Source: Planctomycetota bacterium (GTDB taxonomy: Bacteria; Planctomycetota; UBA8108; SXIK01). From it: DNA of 64,000 bases. The notes under the pieces are model-generated. The model had not been told where the DNA came from, ran no database searches, and saw nothing but the letters and a program-made list of their open reading frames with translations. Position numbers and translations under genes: made by a program. Numbering within the stretch: position 1 is the stretch's first letter; the number at the start of each line of letters is the position of its first letter. Where the stretch lies: contig OZ244999.1 in the NCBI GenBank assembly GCA_965223265.1, positions 544,001 to 608,000 of the forward strand. The letters run 5' to 3'. Shown here piece after piece: positions 1 through 10,140 of the stretch.

Positions 1-8
1 TGCGTGTG

Positions 9-146
9 ATGGCGACAGACCCAGAGGCAGATACGGATACAGATACGGAATCAGACCCAGAGGCAGATACGGATACGGATACGGATACGGAGTCAGACCC
101 AGAGGCAGATACGGAGTCAGAACCAGATACCGATACCGAGTCATAA
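9..146 (+). repeat. Low-complexity Asp/Thr/Glu-coding tandem repeat (GATACG-type hexamers plus repeated CAGACCCAGAGGCAGATACGG blocks); short ORF or 3' end of a gene starting upstream of the window
   Basis: Frame from position 9 reads MATDPEADTDTDTESDPEADTDTDTDTESDPEADTESEPDTDTES* with TAA at 144-146. The frame is also open back to the window edge. Confidence 0.6.
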
Positions 147-158
147 GCGTACCGGATT

Positions 159-367
159 CCGCCCCCGCCCCCGCCCACGCCCCCGCCCACGCCCACGCCC
201 ACGCACTCGCCCACGCACTCGCCCACGCACTCGCCCACGCCCACGCCCACGCACTCGCCCACGCCCACGCCCACGCCCACGCCCACGCACTCGCACTCGC
301 CCACGCACTCGCACTCGCACTCGCACTCGCACTCGCACTCGCACTCGCACTCGCACTCGCCCACGCC
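159..367. repeat. Hexanucleotide microsatellite (CGCCCC/CGCCCA/CGCACT units, about 34 units)
   Basis: Directly visible 6-nt periodicity. The minus strand reads TGGGCG/AGTGCG. Confidence 0.95.
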
Positions 368-665
368 TACAAGTTCGGACGGCAGCCCGAATCGGCCGGC
401 CAACCGTTGAGATCGACGCTGAGACCCGGGGCGTCTGGAGTCGGGAAATGCGCGCGAAACCTCGAGCTCGAGTTGAACGTCGACTTTTCTCTTGAGCTCG
501 CTATCCTTGTAGTTCGTCGTACGAGCCCCAGCGTGCCGCAAGCGCTGCTGCGAGGTCCGCTTTGCTTGCGACGTGATCTGCTGAGCGCGTCGAAGCCGTG
601 TCTCCACGTTGCCGTTTTGCCTGCCTTCGATTCGAAGTGCGAGGATTGATCCCAAGGTCCAAAGG

Positions 666-1661
666 TTGTCTCCTCGAGACGAGATCTATGATGTTTTGGT
701 CGTCGGCGCCGGGCCGATCGGAATTGCCTGCGGCGTCGAAGCGCGCAAGGCGTCGCTTTCGTGCGTCCTTTGCGATCAGGGAGCACTCACCGACGCGCTT
801 CTTCGTTATCCGACCAATCTCGTTTGGTTTTCGACACCCGAGTTGTTGGAGATCGGAGAGGTGCCGTTCATCTGTGCCGGCGCGAAGCCGACCGGACCGG
901 AAGTGATTCGGTACTACCGGCGCGTTGCTGAGCACTTCCAGCTCGAGGTTCGGCTCTATGAGAAGGTCGAGAGTGTCGTAGCGGAAGATGGCGACGACCG
1001 CGTGTTTACCGTCCGGACCTCGCGCCATCGCATGTATCGGGCGTCGAGTGTTGTCGTCGCCACTGGATTCTTCGACGATCCGAATCTGCTCGGCGTGCCC
1101 GGGGAGGAGCTGGACAAAGTCAGTCACTACTATGTCGGGCCTTTCCCCTACTACGCTCAAAGGGTGGCGATCGTCGGCGCCGGGAATTCAGCTGTCGAGG
1201 CTGCTCTCGAGCTCTATCGCAACGGCGCCCGCGAAGTTGCGCTCGTTCACCGCGGTGACGAGCTGGCACGCGGCATCAAATACTGGGTGCGACCGGACAT
1301 TCAGAATCGAATCCAAGAAGGGAGCATCCGCGCTTTTTTCAATACCAATGTGGTGGAGATTTCTCCGGATTCACTCACGCTTCGAACCGGCGATGGGGAA
1401 CCGTTCGAGATCGGAAACGACTTCGTTCTCGCCTTGACTGGTTACCATGCGGATCCACGTCTTCTGCAGTCGTTCGGAGTTGAAGTAGATCCAGAGACGT
1501 TGAAGCCCAGTTTCGATTCAACCACCATGGAGACCAACGTGCCCGGTCTCTATGTCGCCGGAGTCGTTGTCGGCGGACGCGATTCGGGGCAAATCTTTAT
1601 CGAGAACAGCCGCATTCATGCTCAAAGAATCATCGAGCACGTCGCACCACGTGGTGGGTGA
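666..1661 (+). CDS. YpdA-family FAD/NAD(P)H disulfide reductase (putative bacillithiol disulfide reductase)
   Basis: VVGAGPIG FAD-binding motif, FSTPELLEIG, VATGFFD, IVGAGNSAVEAAL, KYWVRPDIQNRI, FIENSRIH; no CxxC. TTG at 666 is preferred over the start at 609. Confidence 0.85.
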   Translation: MSPRDEIYDVLVVGAGPIGIACGVEARKASLSCVLCDQGALTDALLRYPTNLVWFSTPELLEIGEVPFICAGAKPTGPEVIRYYRRVAEHFQLEVRLYEKVESVVAEDGDDRVFTVRTSRHRMYRASSVVVATGFFDDPNLLGVPGEELDKVSHYYVGPFPYYAQRVAIVGAGNSAVEAALELYRNGAREVALVHRGDELARGIKYWVRPDIQNRIQEGSIRAFFNTNVVEISPDSLTLRTGDGEPFEIGNDFVLALTGYHADPRLLQSFGVEVDPETLKPSFDSTTMETNVPGLYVAGVVVGGRDSGQIFIENSRIHAQRIIEHVAPRGG

Positions 1662-1700
1662 CGATCGCCGAATCCTTGCGTTCGCTCAAGGAGCGTAAAA

Positions 1701-2339
1701 ATGGAGATTCGCTACGAGACGGTCGGTCCGTTTGCGGAAAACAGTTACTTTGTCTTCGACGAGGAAACTCGCGAAGCGGTCGCCATCGACCCTGGAGACG
1801 AACCTGAACGGTTGCTTCGCCTGATGGAAGCAGAGGCTTGGAAGATCAAGTACATCCTTAACACTCACGCTCACATCGACCACGTCGGCGCGGTTGAAGC
1901 GGTCAAGGAGCACTCGGGTGCGCCGTTCTATTTGCCCGAAGCCGAACTACCTCTGCTGGAGGCATTGCCCATGCAGGCGGCGATGTTCGGCCTCTCGCCT
2001 CCGCCGACGCCTCAGGTTGACGAGGACCTCAAGGAGGGTGACGTGTTCAAGCTCGCCGGCGGCATCGAGATTGAGGTGTTCAGCACTCCCGGACATTCGC
2101 CCGGGAGCGTTTCGTTTCGCGTCGGCGATGTTCTGATCGTCGGCGACACGCTCTTTCAGGGATCGATCGGCCGCACGGATCTTCCCGGTGGGGATCTTGA
2201 GACGCTCCTGAGTAGTATCCGTGATCGCCTCATGGCGTACCCAGATCAAACGGTTGTCTATCCGGGGCATGGACCGCCGACGACGATCGGGGATGAGCGC
2301 CGCGACAATCCTTTTTTGCAGCCTGGCGCCTTTGAATGA
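1701..2339 (+). CDS. MBL-fold metallo-hydrolase (glyoxalase II-like)
   Basis: THAHIDH, TPGHSPG, GDTLF, GRTDLPGG and PGHG motifs; AAGGAG RBS upstream. Confidence 0.9.
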   Translation: MEIRYETVGPFAENSYFVFDEETREAVAIDPGDEPERLLRLMEAEAWKIKYILNTHAHIDHVGAVEAVKEHSGAPFYLPEAELPLLEALPMQAAMFGLSPPPTPQVDEDLKEGDVFKLAGGIEIEVFSTPGHSPGSVSFRVGDVLIVGDTLFQGSIGRTDLPGGDLETLLSSIRDRLMAYPDQTVVYPGHGPPTTIGDERRDNPFLQPGAFE

Positions 2340-2363
2340 TTCCCGCTCCTCCGTGAGCGGTCA

Positions 2364-4592
2364 TCACCAATCGATCCGTTCATCACCTGCGCCGTTGTTC
2401 GCAGTGACAGAGTCTGATCCCGGGCGCGGGAGCCGCTGCAGCCAGGTGAGGGTGGTCGTGACCGTGACGTTTTTCATGAGTTCTCTCTTGTTCAGAAAGT
2501 ACGTGGGCTTCAGACGGCGCGGCTGCATGATCCTTTCAGCCTGGTCGCAATAGTGAGGCGACGTCGGATCATCACTTTGGCCGAGCGGCAACAGGGAATA
2601 GGACTTGGGAGGATTCGAAAGGACGACGATCTGCGTCGCAGTCTGGCCACCGCGAGCGAAACGATGCCCGCCCTCCAGATCGCCGAAACTCAACGCACGC
2701 GGCGTCGCGAGTCCGGGCAAGCTGCCGCCACCGATCGGGTAATGGTGCGGACTTCCGCGCCGCTTGATGCGAAAGACGTCTCCGAACGGTTTCTCAACCG
2801 TGTCGTATTGTTTTCGCATCGCTCCCGCGGCGCCCTCGAGGGCGCTTACGAGCGCCGCCGCCGAGATTGGCGGTGGCAGGATGCCGGCCCGGTCATGATT
2901 CAGAGCGGATTGCCCCAAGGTGGTTTCGTCCAGGAGACGCAGGGAAGGCGGACAATCCTCAGAGATCTCGTAGACCAGTTCTTTCCAGTGATAGTAGGCT
3001 AGCCCACCGACGGAGCTCCGGTCCAAGCGGCCATCCCAATCTTGAATCGTCTGGAGTAGCTGTTCGGCATCTGTCGAGAGGCTCTCCGAGCCGTGCTCGT
3101 TGACGGCGCGGACGAGGCGTTCTTGCCACACCTCGGCGTTGTAAACCTTCGTGCTGTGGGCGATCTCGATGGCTTCGTCGAGAGTCAGTGACGTCTCGTT
3201 TTCAAGCTCGAGCCTCGTTTGGGCAGCTCTTTGATGCAGATATGGATGCTCAGCGTTGAAGAGATAAGGATTCTCGCTGTATTTCTCGGGCTGCATTGGC
3301 GAGTCTGACAGCATCACGGTCGGCGGAACGTTGCAGTTTTGCATGTACCCTTGCGGCGGGTTCTCCAGCTGCACAAGGTCCGAGAGTGGGTGGATTCCAA
3401 GCCATTCAGTCGCCGACGTGTTGCCGGGGACAGGGCGCTGCCAATCGAAACCAGCGGGTCGAATCGGCACACGCCCGTTTCGCACATAGTAGATATCGCC
3501 ATCCACGGTGGCGATCATGACGTTCTGCTCCATCAGTTGCAGCTTGGAGAGCGCGGCTTTTGCCTGACGCAAATTCTCCGCTCGCATGAGATCGTACGTC
3601 TGCTCGATCAGGCCGACTTCGTCTGCGTACGGAAGTTTCATCGCGTAACCTTTGCCGTCCTTGCGCGCTACGATCGGGCCGTGGTGTGTTGACTCAATCG
3701 TGAAGGTCTGTGCGCGGACGCTACCGTCTGATTGGCGCACTTTGATCTCTTCGTGGCGAATTCGCATGGGCAAGGACTCGCCGTCGAAGAGGTAGCGCTG
3801 TGGTCGGTTTGGGTCGAATTCGATCTCGAACACGTCGCTGGTGTCGGGTCCCCCCGTTGTCATCGCGACTGAGAGAAAACGATTGTGTCCGAGACTCGGG
3901 AGGGGTAGCCCGAGAATCGCAACGCCGGCGAGGGCGAGATCCCCGCCATACACGCGCATTTCATAGAATCGAAACTGACCGTACCAACCCAAATGGGGGT
4001 CGATCAGCGCAATCGGATGGCCGGAAGCCGTGCGGCTCCCAGACACGGCCCACTGATTCGAACCGCGGGGTTCGATTGGGTCGAGTTGAATGCCGGCACG
4101 CGCGAGGTCGCCCGCCGCGCTGCCAGCGGGCCAACCCCAGATGATGTGACGGCTGAGGGCGACGATCATCGAAGGGTCGAGGTTGGGCGCCCACTCCGGA
4201 ACGGTCTCCGGATGTCGTTCCATGTAGAGTTGAGCTCCCGCGAGAAAAGCCTCGAGCAGTGCACGGATCGCGGCCGGGATCTCATGGTAGCGCCGCTCGC
4301 TGATCGCCGCGTGTTGGAAGAGCCTTGCGCGGAAATCATCGCGCACGTATTCCTCACCGAACGCTTCCGCCATCGTCCCCGTTGCGCGGCGATACTGCCG
4401 TAAAAGTTCCTCGAGTCGATCTTCCGCTTGTGCGTAGCCGGCAGCAAAACAGGCGGCCTCGGGGCTTTCAGCGTAGATGTTTGGTATGCCGTAGTCATCA
4501 CGATAGATGACGGCGTTTTTATGTTGGGGCAGCTGGCAGCCGAGGAAAAACATCAGCCACCCGAGGCAGAAAACCGCAAAGAGGCGCGGCAT
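2364..4592 (-). CDS. Penicillin acylase family (Ntn-hydrolase, S45) protein, probable lipoprotein
   Basis: RDDYGIPNIYA, GYAQAEDRL, GSNQWAV (Ser nucleophile), DPHL, GQSDDPTSPHYCDQA; N-terminal hydrophobic stretch ending FLGC. Confidence 0.9.
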   Translation of the reverse strand: MPRLFAVFCLGWLMFFLGCQLPQHKNAVIYRDDYGIPNIYAESPEAACFAAGYAQAEDRLEELLRQYRRATGTMAEAFGEEYVRDDFRARLFQHAAISERRYHEIPAAIRALLEAFLAGAQLYMERHPETVPEWAPNLDPSMIVALSRHIIWGWPAGSAAGDLARAGIQLDPIEPRGSNQWAVSGSRTASGHPIALIDPHLGWYGQFRFYEMRVYGGDLALAGVAILGLPLPSLGHNRFLSVAMTTGGPDTSDVFEIEFDPNRPQRYLFDGESLPMRIRHEEIKVRQSDGSVRAQTFTIESTHHGPIVARKDGKGYAMKLPYADEVGLIEQTYDLMRAENLRQAKAALSKLQLMEQNVMIATVDGDIYYVRNGRVPIRPAGFDWQRPVPGNTSATEWLGIHPLSDLVQLENPPQGYMQNCNVPPTVMLSDSPMQPEKYSENPYLFNAEHPYLHQRAAQTRLELENETSLTLDEAIEIAHSTKVYNAEVWQERLVRAVNEHGSESLSTDAEQLLQTIQDWDGRLDRSSVGGLAYYHWKELVYEISEDCPPSLRLLDETTLGQSALNHDRAGILPPPISAAALVSALEGAAGAMRKQYDTVEKPFGDVFRIKRRGSPHHYPIGGGSLPGLATPRALSFGDLEGGHRFARGGQTATQIVVLSNPPKSYSLLPLGQSDDPTSPHYCDQAERIMQPRRLKPTYFLNKRELMKNVTVTTTLTWLQRLPRPGSDSVTANNGAGDERIDW

Positions 4593-4976
4593 AGATCCTC
4601 CTGGAAAAAGCGTTGTTCGTCGGCGTGCTCAGTACCGCTGGCAGACACCCGATCGGCGGATTGTAATGCGCTTGCGAATCGAACTGAAGGAGGTGTTCGT
4701 TGCTCGCACGGCGGGGGGAGCCCAGGCCCGCGGGGCGAGAGGGCGCCTGGAACGACTTGAAACTCTGCTCTTGGTGGTAGAATTATCGTTTCGGCCCCCG
4801 GTGCGCCCGAACGCCGTAAAGAGGCTCGAGCAAGCTCGAGGCGTAGAGATCACGGCTCGCTGCGTCAAAGAGCTGATCGCTGAATCAGCTGCCTCAGCGG
4901 CATTCAGCGTTTAGCACCCGGACGTCGGCTGCGGTCGCAAGCGAGCGCTCCCTCGCCGGTGACAGCGGGCGCCGTC

Positions 4977-7900
4977 TCATGTTGCCGACTGTAGGCGTTC
5001 CCGCAGCGCGGTCATTGTTTCCGAGCACCGTTCGGCGAGCCATGGGAGCCGAGCGTCTGTCGCGAGTTTCCGCAGCTGGTCGAGCTTAGTGGCGCCGACC
5101 TGAATGTTCCCACGCTCGAGATCGCCGATCGCTTCGAGAAACACGATCTCTGCGGCCTGTTCATTCGAACAGACGTTTTGTCGGTATCCTTCGAGACGAC
5201 GACGTTCTTCGTCGGCGGTGACACGGTCGCCGTGCTCGATCGCGGCGCGGTAGCGAAGAAGTAGTACGTCGCAGAGCTGGCGCTGGAAGCCGCCTCTTTC
5301 GAACAGTACCCAGGCCTCCTCCAGCAATTGTCGAGGCCGAGTTCCTTCACTGTCATAGAGCGCCTCGGCGAGGTAGAGCTTCCCGAGTCCAACGGCGAAG
5401 CGAAGTTGGAACCGTTCTGATTCTTGAAGTGCCGTCTCGATATGCGAAATAGCGTTCTGATGTTCGCCCCGGCGAACGTAGAGTTTCGCCAAGTAGATCC
5501 GGCTGACGATGTGACCGACAACGTCCCCACAATGCTGGTGAAGCGAAACGGCCATCTTTAGCGATTCGAGGGCATGATCTAGCTGGTCGGCTCGCATGTA
5601 GATGCGTCCCAGCATGCGTTGGCTATTCGCATTCGCAGAGACATGATCGATACTCTTGGCGTCCTCGAGGCTGATCTGGGTGACCTGGAGAGCACGTTTC
5701 AAATCACCGTGGAGAAGATGGTACTCCCCGAGTCTCTCTCTCGCGCGCGCGAGAGTTCGCCGATCCGACACTTCCTTACCTTTTTCGAGTGCCGAGGAGA
5801 GAAGCTTTCGGGCTGCATCGTGTTCGCCGAGGTCGAGTAGCGCGCTCCCGAGCGAACAGACACATGCTGCTCGCGCCTGGATCAGTTCTTCACCTTCGAG
5901 GAATCCTAGGTTGCGCTGATGTAATTCGATGCTTTTGCTCAGATCGCCGATGAGATGGTAGAGGCCGGCTAGGTAGTTCTGCGCTGAGACGATAAGCAAC
6001 TTTTCGCGGACGTTTTGAGGCTCGAACCGAAGCACCTCTTCTACGGCCTTTTCTACTGTTTCTTCACAGCACGTTTTGCGCCGATTGAACCAGCGCGCCC
6101 AGATTTCACTCGCTTCCAGAGAGAGTCGAAGCGCTGGGTCGGGAGTGTCTCCCACCGACTTGGAGGCCTTTCGCAGCACGAACAGAGCGTCGTCTTGTTT
6201 GTTCTGAGCGATGAGCAATCCCGCTTGACGACGTAGCATCGCCACAAGGTCCTTCGGGCGCAGGAGGCGCTCGCCGATTCTTAGTCCCTCCTTGAGAGCT
6301 CTCTCGCTCTCCTCGAGATCCCAAAGGAACTCGTGCATTTCAGACAATTTCATGAGGCTCTGAATTTTCTTTCCAGCAGCTTCTTCTGGAAGGGCGTCTG
6401 CGATGCGGCGATGGTACTCGACGGCCAACGGGAAATTGCCACAGCGCTGCAGGAACTCTGCTGCGGCAGGAGCGTACCGAAGAAAACCAGGCGTGTTGCC
6501 GGCGGCAAGCCAATGATGCGCAAGCAGTTCCGCGGTCGCTTCGATGTCCTGCGAGTGCTCACCTTCCGTTCGCTCGATCGCTTGCGCCAAGCGTTGATGC
6601 ATGAAGGCTAATCGCTTCGCGTCAAGCTTTGAGATGAAGGACCGTTTCAGGTCTGGATAGGCCAAAGAGAACCTCGCATCGCTTCCATCTTGCTCGCGGG
6701 TTAAGAACCCAGCTCCATGCAGCTTGTCGAGGATCAGCTCGACCTTCGCAGCTTCGAGAAGAGTACAGTGACAGAGGGCAGCGGTCGCCAGGGGCGCTCG
6801 CGCGAGCGCCAACCACGCGAGAACTGTGCGCGGGTCCTCGCCGAGGGCGGCGATGCGAAGATCCATGGCGTTCGTCAGGGAGGCGGGAATCGGGATGTTC
6901 TCCAGCGATTCCGGGATTTCCCAACGCGTGCCGCGATGGCGAATGTGGTCTGATTCGGCGAGCGATTTTGTCACCTCGAGGATAAACCGAGGGTTGCCTC
7001 GCGCCGCGACGTGCATTCCGAAGAGGAAACCTTCAGGCAAATCAGTTTGATTGAGGACGTGTTCTAGAAAACCGTCGGACTGTTTACGATCAAACGGTTC
7101 GATGCGAAGATGGTGGACACCGCTGAGATTGACTGTTCCCTGATCTCCATAGGCGCGTCGAGAAATCACGACGATAAGCTTCGGGGCGCCGGGAGGTATG
7201 GAGGTTCCTTCGTGGGCGTCACTTTGTGACGTTTCACGAGTTTGACGGAATTGCTCCGAGGCAGCTTGGATCAAGCTCATCGCAAAGAGCCTGACGGTAT
7301 CCGAGGCGGCGTGAAAGTCATCGAAGTGGATCAATAGCGGCGCGTGTGCAGCGTACCAGAAGATCGCCTTTTCGAGCCCCGACGCCAGCTCCTTGGACCT
7401 TCTTACGTCGCGAGCTTTGCCGAGAATCTCATGGACACGATCGACTCCCGACGCGCCACTCGTTCGAAGACCAGCGATCAGAGCATCGACCACGGGATGT
7501 AGATGCCCCTCCACCATACGATCTTCGACCGTGACGAATGCTCCGCCTGCGATCTGTATCGTGCTCTTTAGAGCCGACACGAGCTCGGTCTTACCTACAC
7601 CGGCTTCTCCTTCTAACACGGTACATGCTGACTCCGCGTCACCCGCGATGATCTTGCTGATCCATTCATTGAGTTGCTTGAGGTGATCGTCGCGGTAGAG
7701 CAAGGTGCCCGCACTGATCGCCGGGGTCTTGCTCCGCATGTCGGTAGGGGCCGCCTCGATTCCGAGCTCCTCACCGAGGAAGCTGAGTGCCTCATCGGCG
7801 GTCTGGAATCGATCTTCTGGCCGCTTTTCAATGAGTCGATTGACGAATTCGACGTACGGCGCCGGAAGATGTGGGCAGAGAGAATCCAGCGGCAGAGGTG

Positions 7901-8645
7901 CAACGCTCAAGTGTTTCTTGAGCATGCGTTTCGCCTCCCTGTCTGGATAGACGTACCGCCGCGACGCGAGCAGATAGAGCATGCAGCCCAGGGAATAAAG
8001 ATCGGCTCGTCCGTCAGCAGCCTGGCAGAGAATGCGCTCGGGTGACATGTATCGTGGGGTGCCACGGATCTTGTCCCAGGCGACATCAACACCGCTGAGA
8101 AGGCCAAAGTCGATGATTTTAATCTTGCCAGCGAGCCCAAATACCTTGGCTTCCAAGTTGGTCATACTGGCTCGTCGCCGCGTATCTTCTGTCGTTAGCG
8201 ACGCTAGAAGTACGTTCGCTGGCTTGAGATCATTGTGGAGCATCCCGTGCTTGTGAATGAAACGGAGTCCACGCAGGAGCTGAACGGTAACGTCGAGAAG
8301 TTCATCGAAGGTGGCGTTTTGGGTTCCCTGAAAGACGCTGACACCGTCGATGAATTCTGTCGTGAAAAAGTGCTCCGACGTACCGGAGATTCTCCCGAAG
8401 TCATAGTTCGCAGCGATGTTCGGATGGCTGTATTTGGTCAGCTGAGCGAATTCGTGACGGAACGATTCGAGAAACTGCTCGTCAACTTCCTGGGAGAGCA
8501 TCGTCTTGAGCGCCAGCTGGCGGTCTTTTCGGTGCGTATCGCGCACCAAATAAACCTTCCCCATGCCGCCTTGGCCGAGCTCGCGCTCGATCGCGTAGCG
8601 CCCGTTGATCGTCTGTTCCGTCATCGTGGTTCGACTGTTCGTCAT
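4977..8645 (-). CDS. Ser/Thr protein kinase fused to a P-loop (STAND-like) ATPase and C-terminal TPR-like repeats
   Basis: GQGGMGKV, ALK, HNDLKPAN, DFG, GTPRYMSPE; Walker A GEAGVGKT, Walker B LIHFDDFH, GNPRF; helical repeats in the C-terminal third. Confidence 0.9.
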   Translation of the reverse strand: MTNSRTTMTEQTINGRYAIERELGQGGMGKVYLVRDTHRKDRQLALKTMLSQEVDEQFLESFRHEFAQLTKYSHPNIAANYDFGRISGTSEHFFTTEFIDGVSVFQGTQNATFDELLDVTVQLLRGLRFIHKHGMLHNDLKPANVLLASLTTEDTRRRASMTNLEAKVFGLAGKIKIIDFGLLSGVDVAWDKIRGTPRYMSPERILCQAADGRADLYSLGCMLYLLASRRYVYPDREAKRMLKKHLSVAPLPLDSLCPHLPAPYVEFVNRLIEKRPEDRFQTADEALSFLGEELGIEAAPTDMRSKTPAISAGTLLYRDDHLKQLNEWISKIIAGDAESACTVLEGEAGVGKTELVSALKSTIQIAGGAFVTVEDRMVEGHLHPVVDALIAGLRTSGASGVDRVHEILGKARDVRRSKELASGLEKAIFWYAAHAPLLIHFDDFHAASDTVRLFAMSLIQAASEQFRQTRETSQSDAHEGTSIPPGAPKLIVVISRRAYGDQGTVNLSGVHHLRIEPFDRKQSDGFLEHVLNQTDLPEGFLFGMHVAARGNPRFILEVTKSLAESDHIRHRGTRWEIPESLENIPIPASLTNAMDLRIAALGEDPRTVLAWLALARAPLATAALCHCTLLEAAKVELILDKLHGAGFLTREQDGSDARFSLAYPDLKRSFISKLDAKRLAFMHQRLAQAIERTEGEHSQDIEATAELLAHHWLAAGNTPGFLRYAPAAAEFLQRCGNFPLAVEYHRRIADALPEEAAGKKIQSLMKLSEMHEFLWDLEESERALKEGLRIGERLLRPKDLVAMLRRQAGLLIAQNKQDDALFVLRKASKSVGDTPDPALRLSLEASEIWARWFNRRKTCCEETVEKAVEEVLRFEPQNVREKLLIVSAQNYLAGLYHLIGDLSKSIELHQRNLGFLEGEELIQARAACVCSLGSALLDLGEHDAARKLLSSALEKGKEVSDRRTLARARERLGEYHLLHGDLKRALQVTQISLEDAKSIDHVSANANSQRMLGRIYMRADQLDHALESLKMAVSLHQHCGDVVGHIVSRIYLAKLYVRRGEHQNAISHIETALQESERFQLRFAVGLGKLYLAEALYDSEGTRPRQLLEEAWVLFERGGFQRQLCDVLLLRYRAAIEHGDRVTADEERRRLEGYRQNVCSNEQAAEIVFLEAIGDLERGNIQVGATKLDQLRKLATDARLPWLAERCSETMTALRERLQSAT

Positions 8646-8682
8646 GCTCCGTTAGATCTTTCCGTTAGCGACGAAATCGACG

Positions 8683-10140
8683 CTATATGACGGCCAGATA
8701 CTCGTCGAGCTCGAGTGAAACTTCTTCCTGCTGGTAGAGCTTGAGGATCGAGCTTTTGAAGGAACCGTTCGGGTTTTTGTCGAGGAGATTTAAGCGCTTC
8801 GTGCTCGGCTGCCCGTCGGCGTCACTCACCAGACGAACGGAAGGGCGATCCAGGAACGACGGGTTCGATGGCGGGGCGATCACAGTGGCTACTTCACCAC
8901 CGTCCAGTCGGACGACACAGCCGACAGGATAGAGTCCCATCAGATTCACGAAGGCTTTGACAACGAGTGGGTCGAATTCTGTACCGCCGCGATCCATCAG
9001 AACTCGGAGGATCTCGTCTGGCAGCTGACTCGGGCGGCCGTTTTTTGCTGTCGTGGCATGGTCGTAGTAGTCAGCGATGGCGACGATGCGGGTGAACAGA
9101 TTCTGCACTTTCGTCGTCAGGAGCTGCGGGTAGCCGGTGCGGTCGTAACGGTAGTGATGCAGGAACGACACGTTCATGCTCTTGACGATCTGATGCACCA
9201 TACTTTGTGTCAGGAGCACTTCGGTTCCCCCGTAGACGTGGGCCAAGTACTCGTCACGCTCACTGCTGTCTACATCGTTCCAACCCGCAGTACGCAAGCG
9301 CTCAGGTAAGGTCGCTTTGCCAATGTCGTGCAGCAGCGCAGTAATCCCCAAGTCGCCGAGGATCTTCTTCGAAAGGCCGAGTTTGGCTCCGATCGCGACG
9401 GACAAAACCGCGACGTTGACCGGATGGTTGACACCAAGTTCGCCATGATCCTTGATGTTTGTCAGCGCCATGAGGATGTGCTCAGAGTCGAGCGTCAGGT
9501 CGACCATCGCCTGGGTGGCGACTTTGAGAGACTTCAGGTTGATGCGGCGACCCTTCGCAGCCGCTTCGTATGCCTTGCGCATGGTTGCGATCGACTTGAA
9601 GAAAGTGTGGATCGCTTTGCGACGCACGTCGCGGGAGAAGTCTTCGTAGATGTCATGACGCTCTTCGTGCTCAGAAAAATCGATGCACGAAAGGGTGTGG
9701 CGCTGAAGGATCGCCGTGAACCCATCCCAGCGTCCAACGTTTGGCGCCGGCTTCTCGTTAAACACGGCCACCATCTTCTCTATCTCTGACTCCGTCAGGC
9801 CAGATGCGAAGCTGATGTCGCCGATGTCTCGCTCCTCCATCAGTTCGACGACAAATCGGTAATTCTCGTACCCGCCGAGATCGATTTGGATGCGGATATC
9901 GTTGAGGAAGAGAAAATCGTCGATTCGAGTCAGATTGACGTTGCCTTGCAGGCGGATGAAACCTTGTAGCAGTTCTAGGAGCTCAGCGACGGCTTCTTTT
10001 ACGTTTTGGTTGCCGGCATCGTATAGTCGGCTCAATTTGATGGCGACGGTAAGATTCGAAACGATCGACTTGCCATGCTTTCGTACGCCCGTGTTCAGAA
10101 TGGACGATAGAGAAACGGAGGCTTTTTCTTCAGTGGACAT
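8683..10140 (-). CDS. HD-GYP domain protein (cyclic-dinucleotide phosphodiesterase family)
   Basis: LHDIGK, HHYRYDRTGYP, IVAIADYYD, FDP..VKAF..MGLYPVG motifs. Confidence 0.85.
   Translation of the reverse strand: MSTEEKASVSLSSILNTGVRKHGKSIVSNLTVAIKLSRLYDAGNQNVKEAVAELLELLQGFIRLQGNVNLTRIDDFLFLNDIRIQIDLGGYENYRFVVELMEERDIGDISFASGLTESEIEKMVAVFNEKPAPNVGRWDGFTAILQRHTLSCIDFSEHEERHDIYEDFSRDVRRKAIHTFFKSIATMRKAYEAAAKGRRINLKSLKVATQAMVDLTLDSEHILMALTNIKDHGELGVNHPVNVAVLSVAIGAKLGLSKKILGDLGITALLHDIGKATLPERLRTAGWNDVDSSERDEYLAHVYGGTEVLLTQSMVHQIVKSMNVSFLHHYRYDRTGYPQLLTTKVQNLFTRIVAIADYYDHATTAKNGRPSQLPDEILRVLMDRGGTEFDPLVVKAFVNLMGLYPVGCVVRLDGGEVATVIAPPSNPSFLDRPSVRLVSDADGQPSTKRLNLLDKNPNGSFKSSILKLYQQEEVSLELDEYLAVI

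Noticed and set aside
141-356. RVRV/RGRG 71-aa ORF
   Set aside because: By-product of a hexamer microsatellite; no RBS or other coding evidence.
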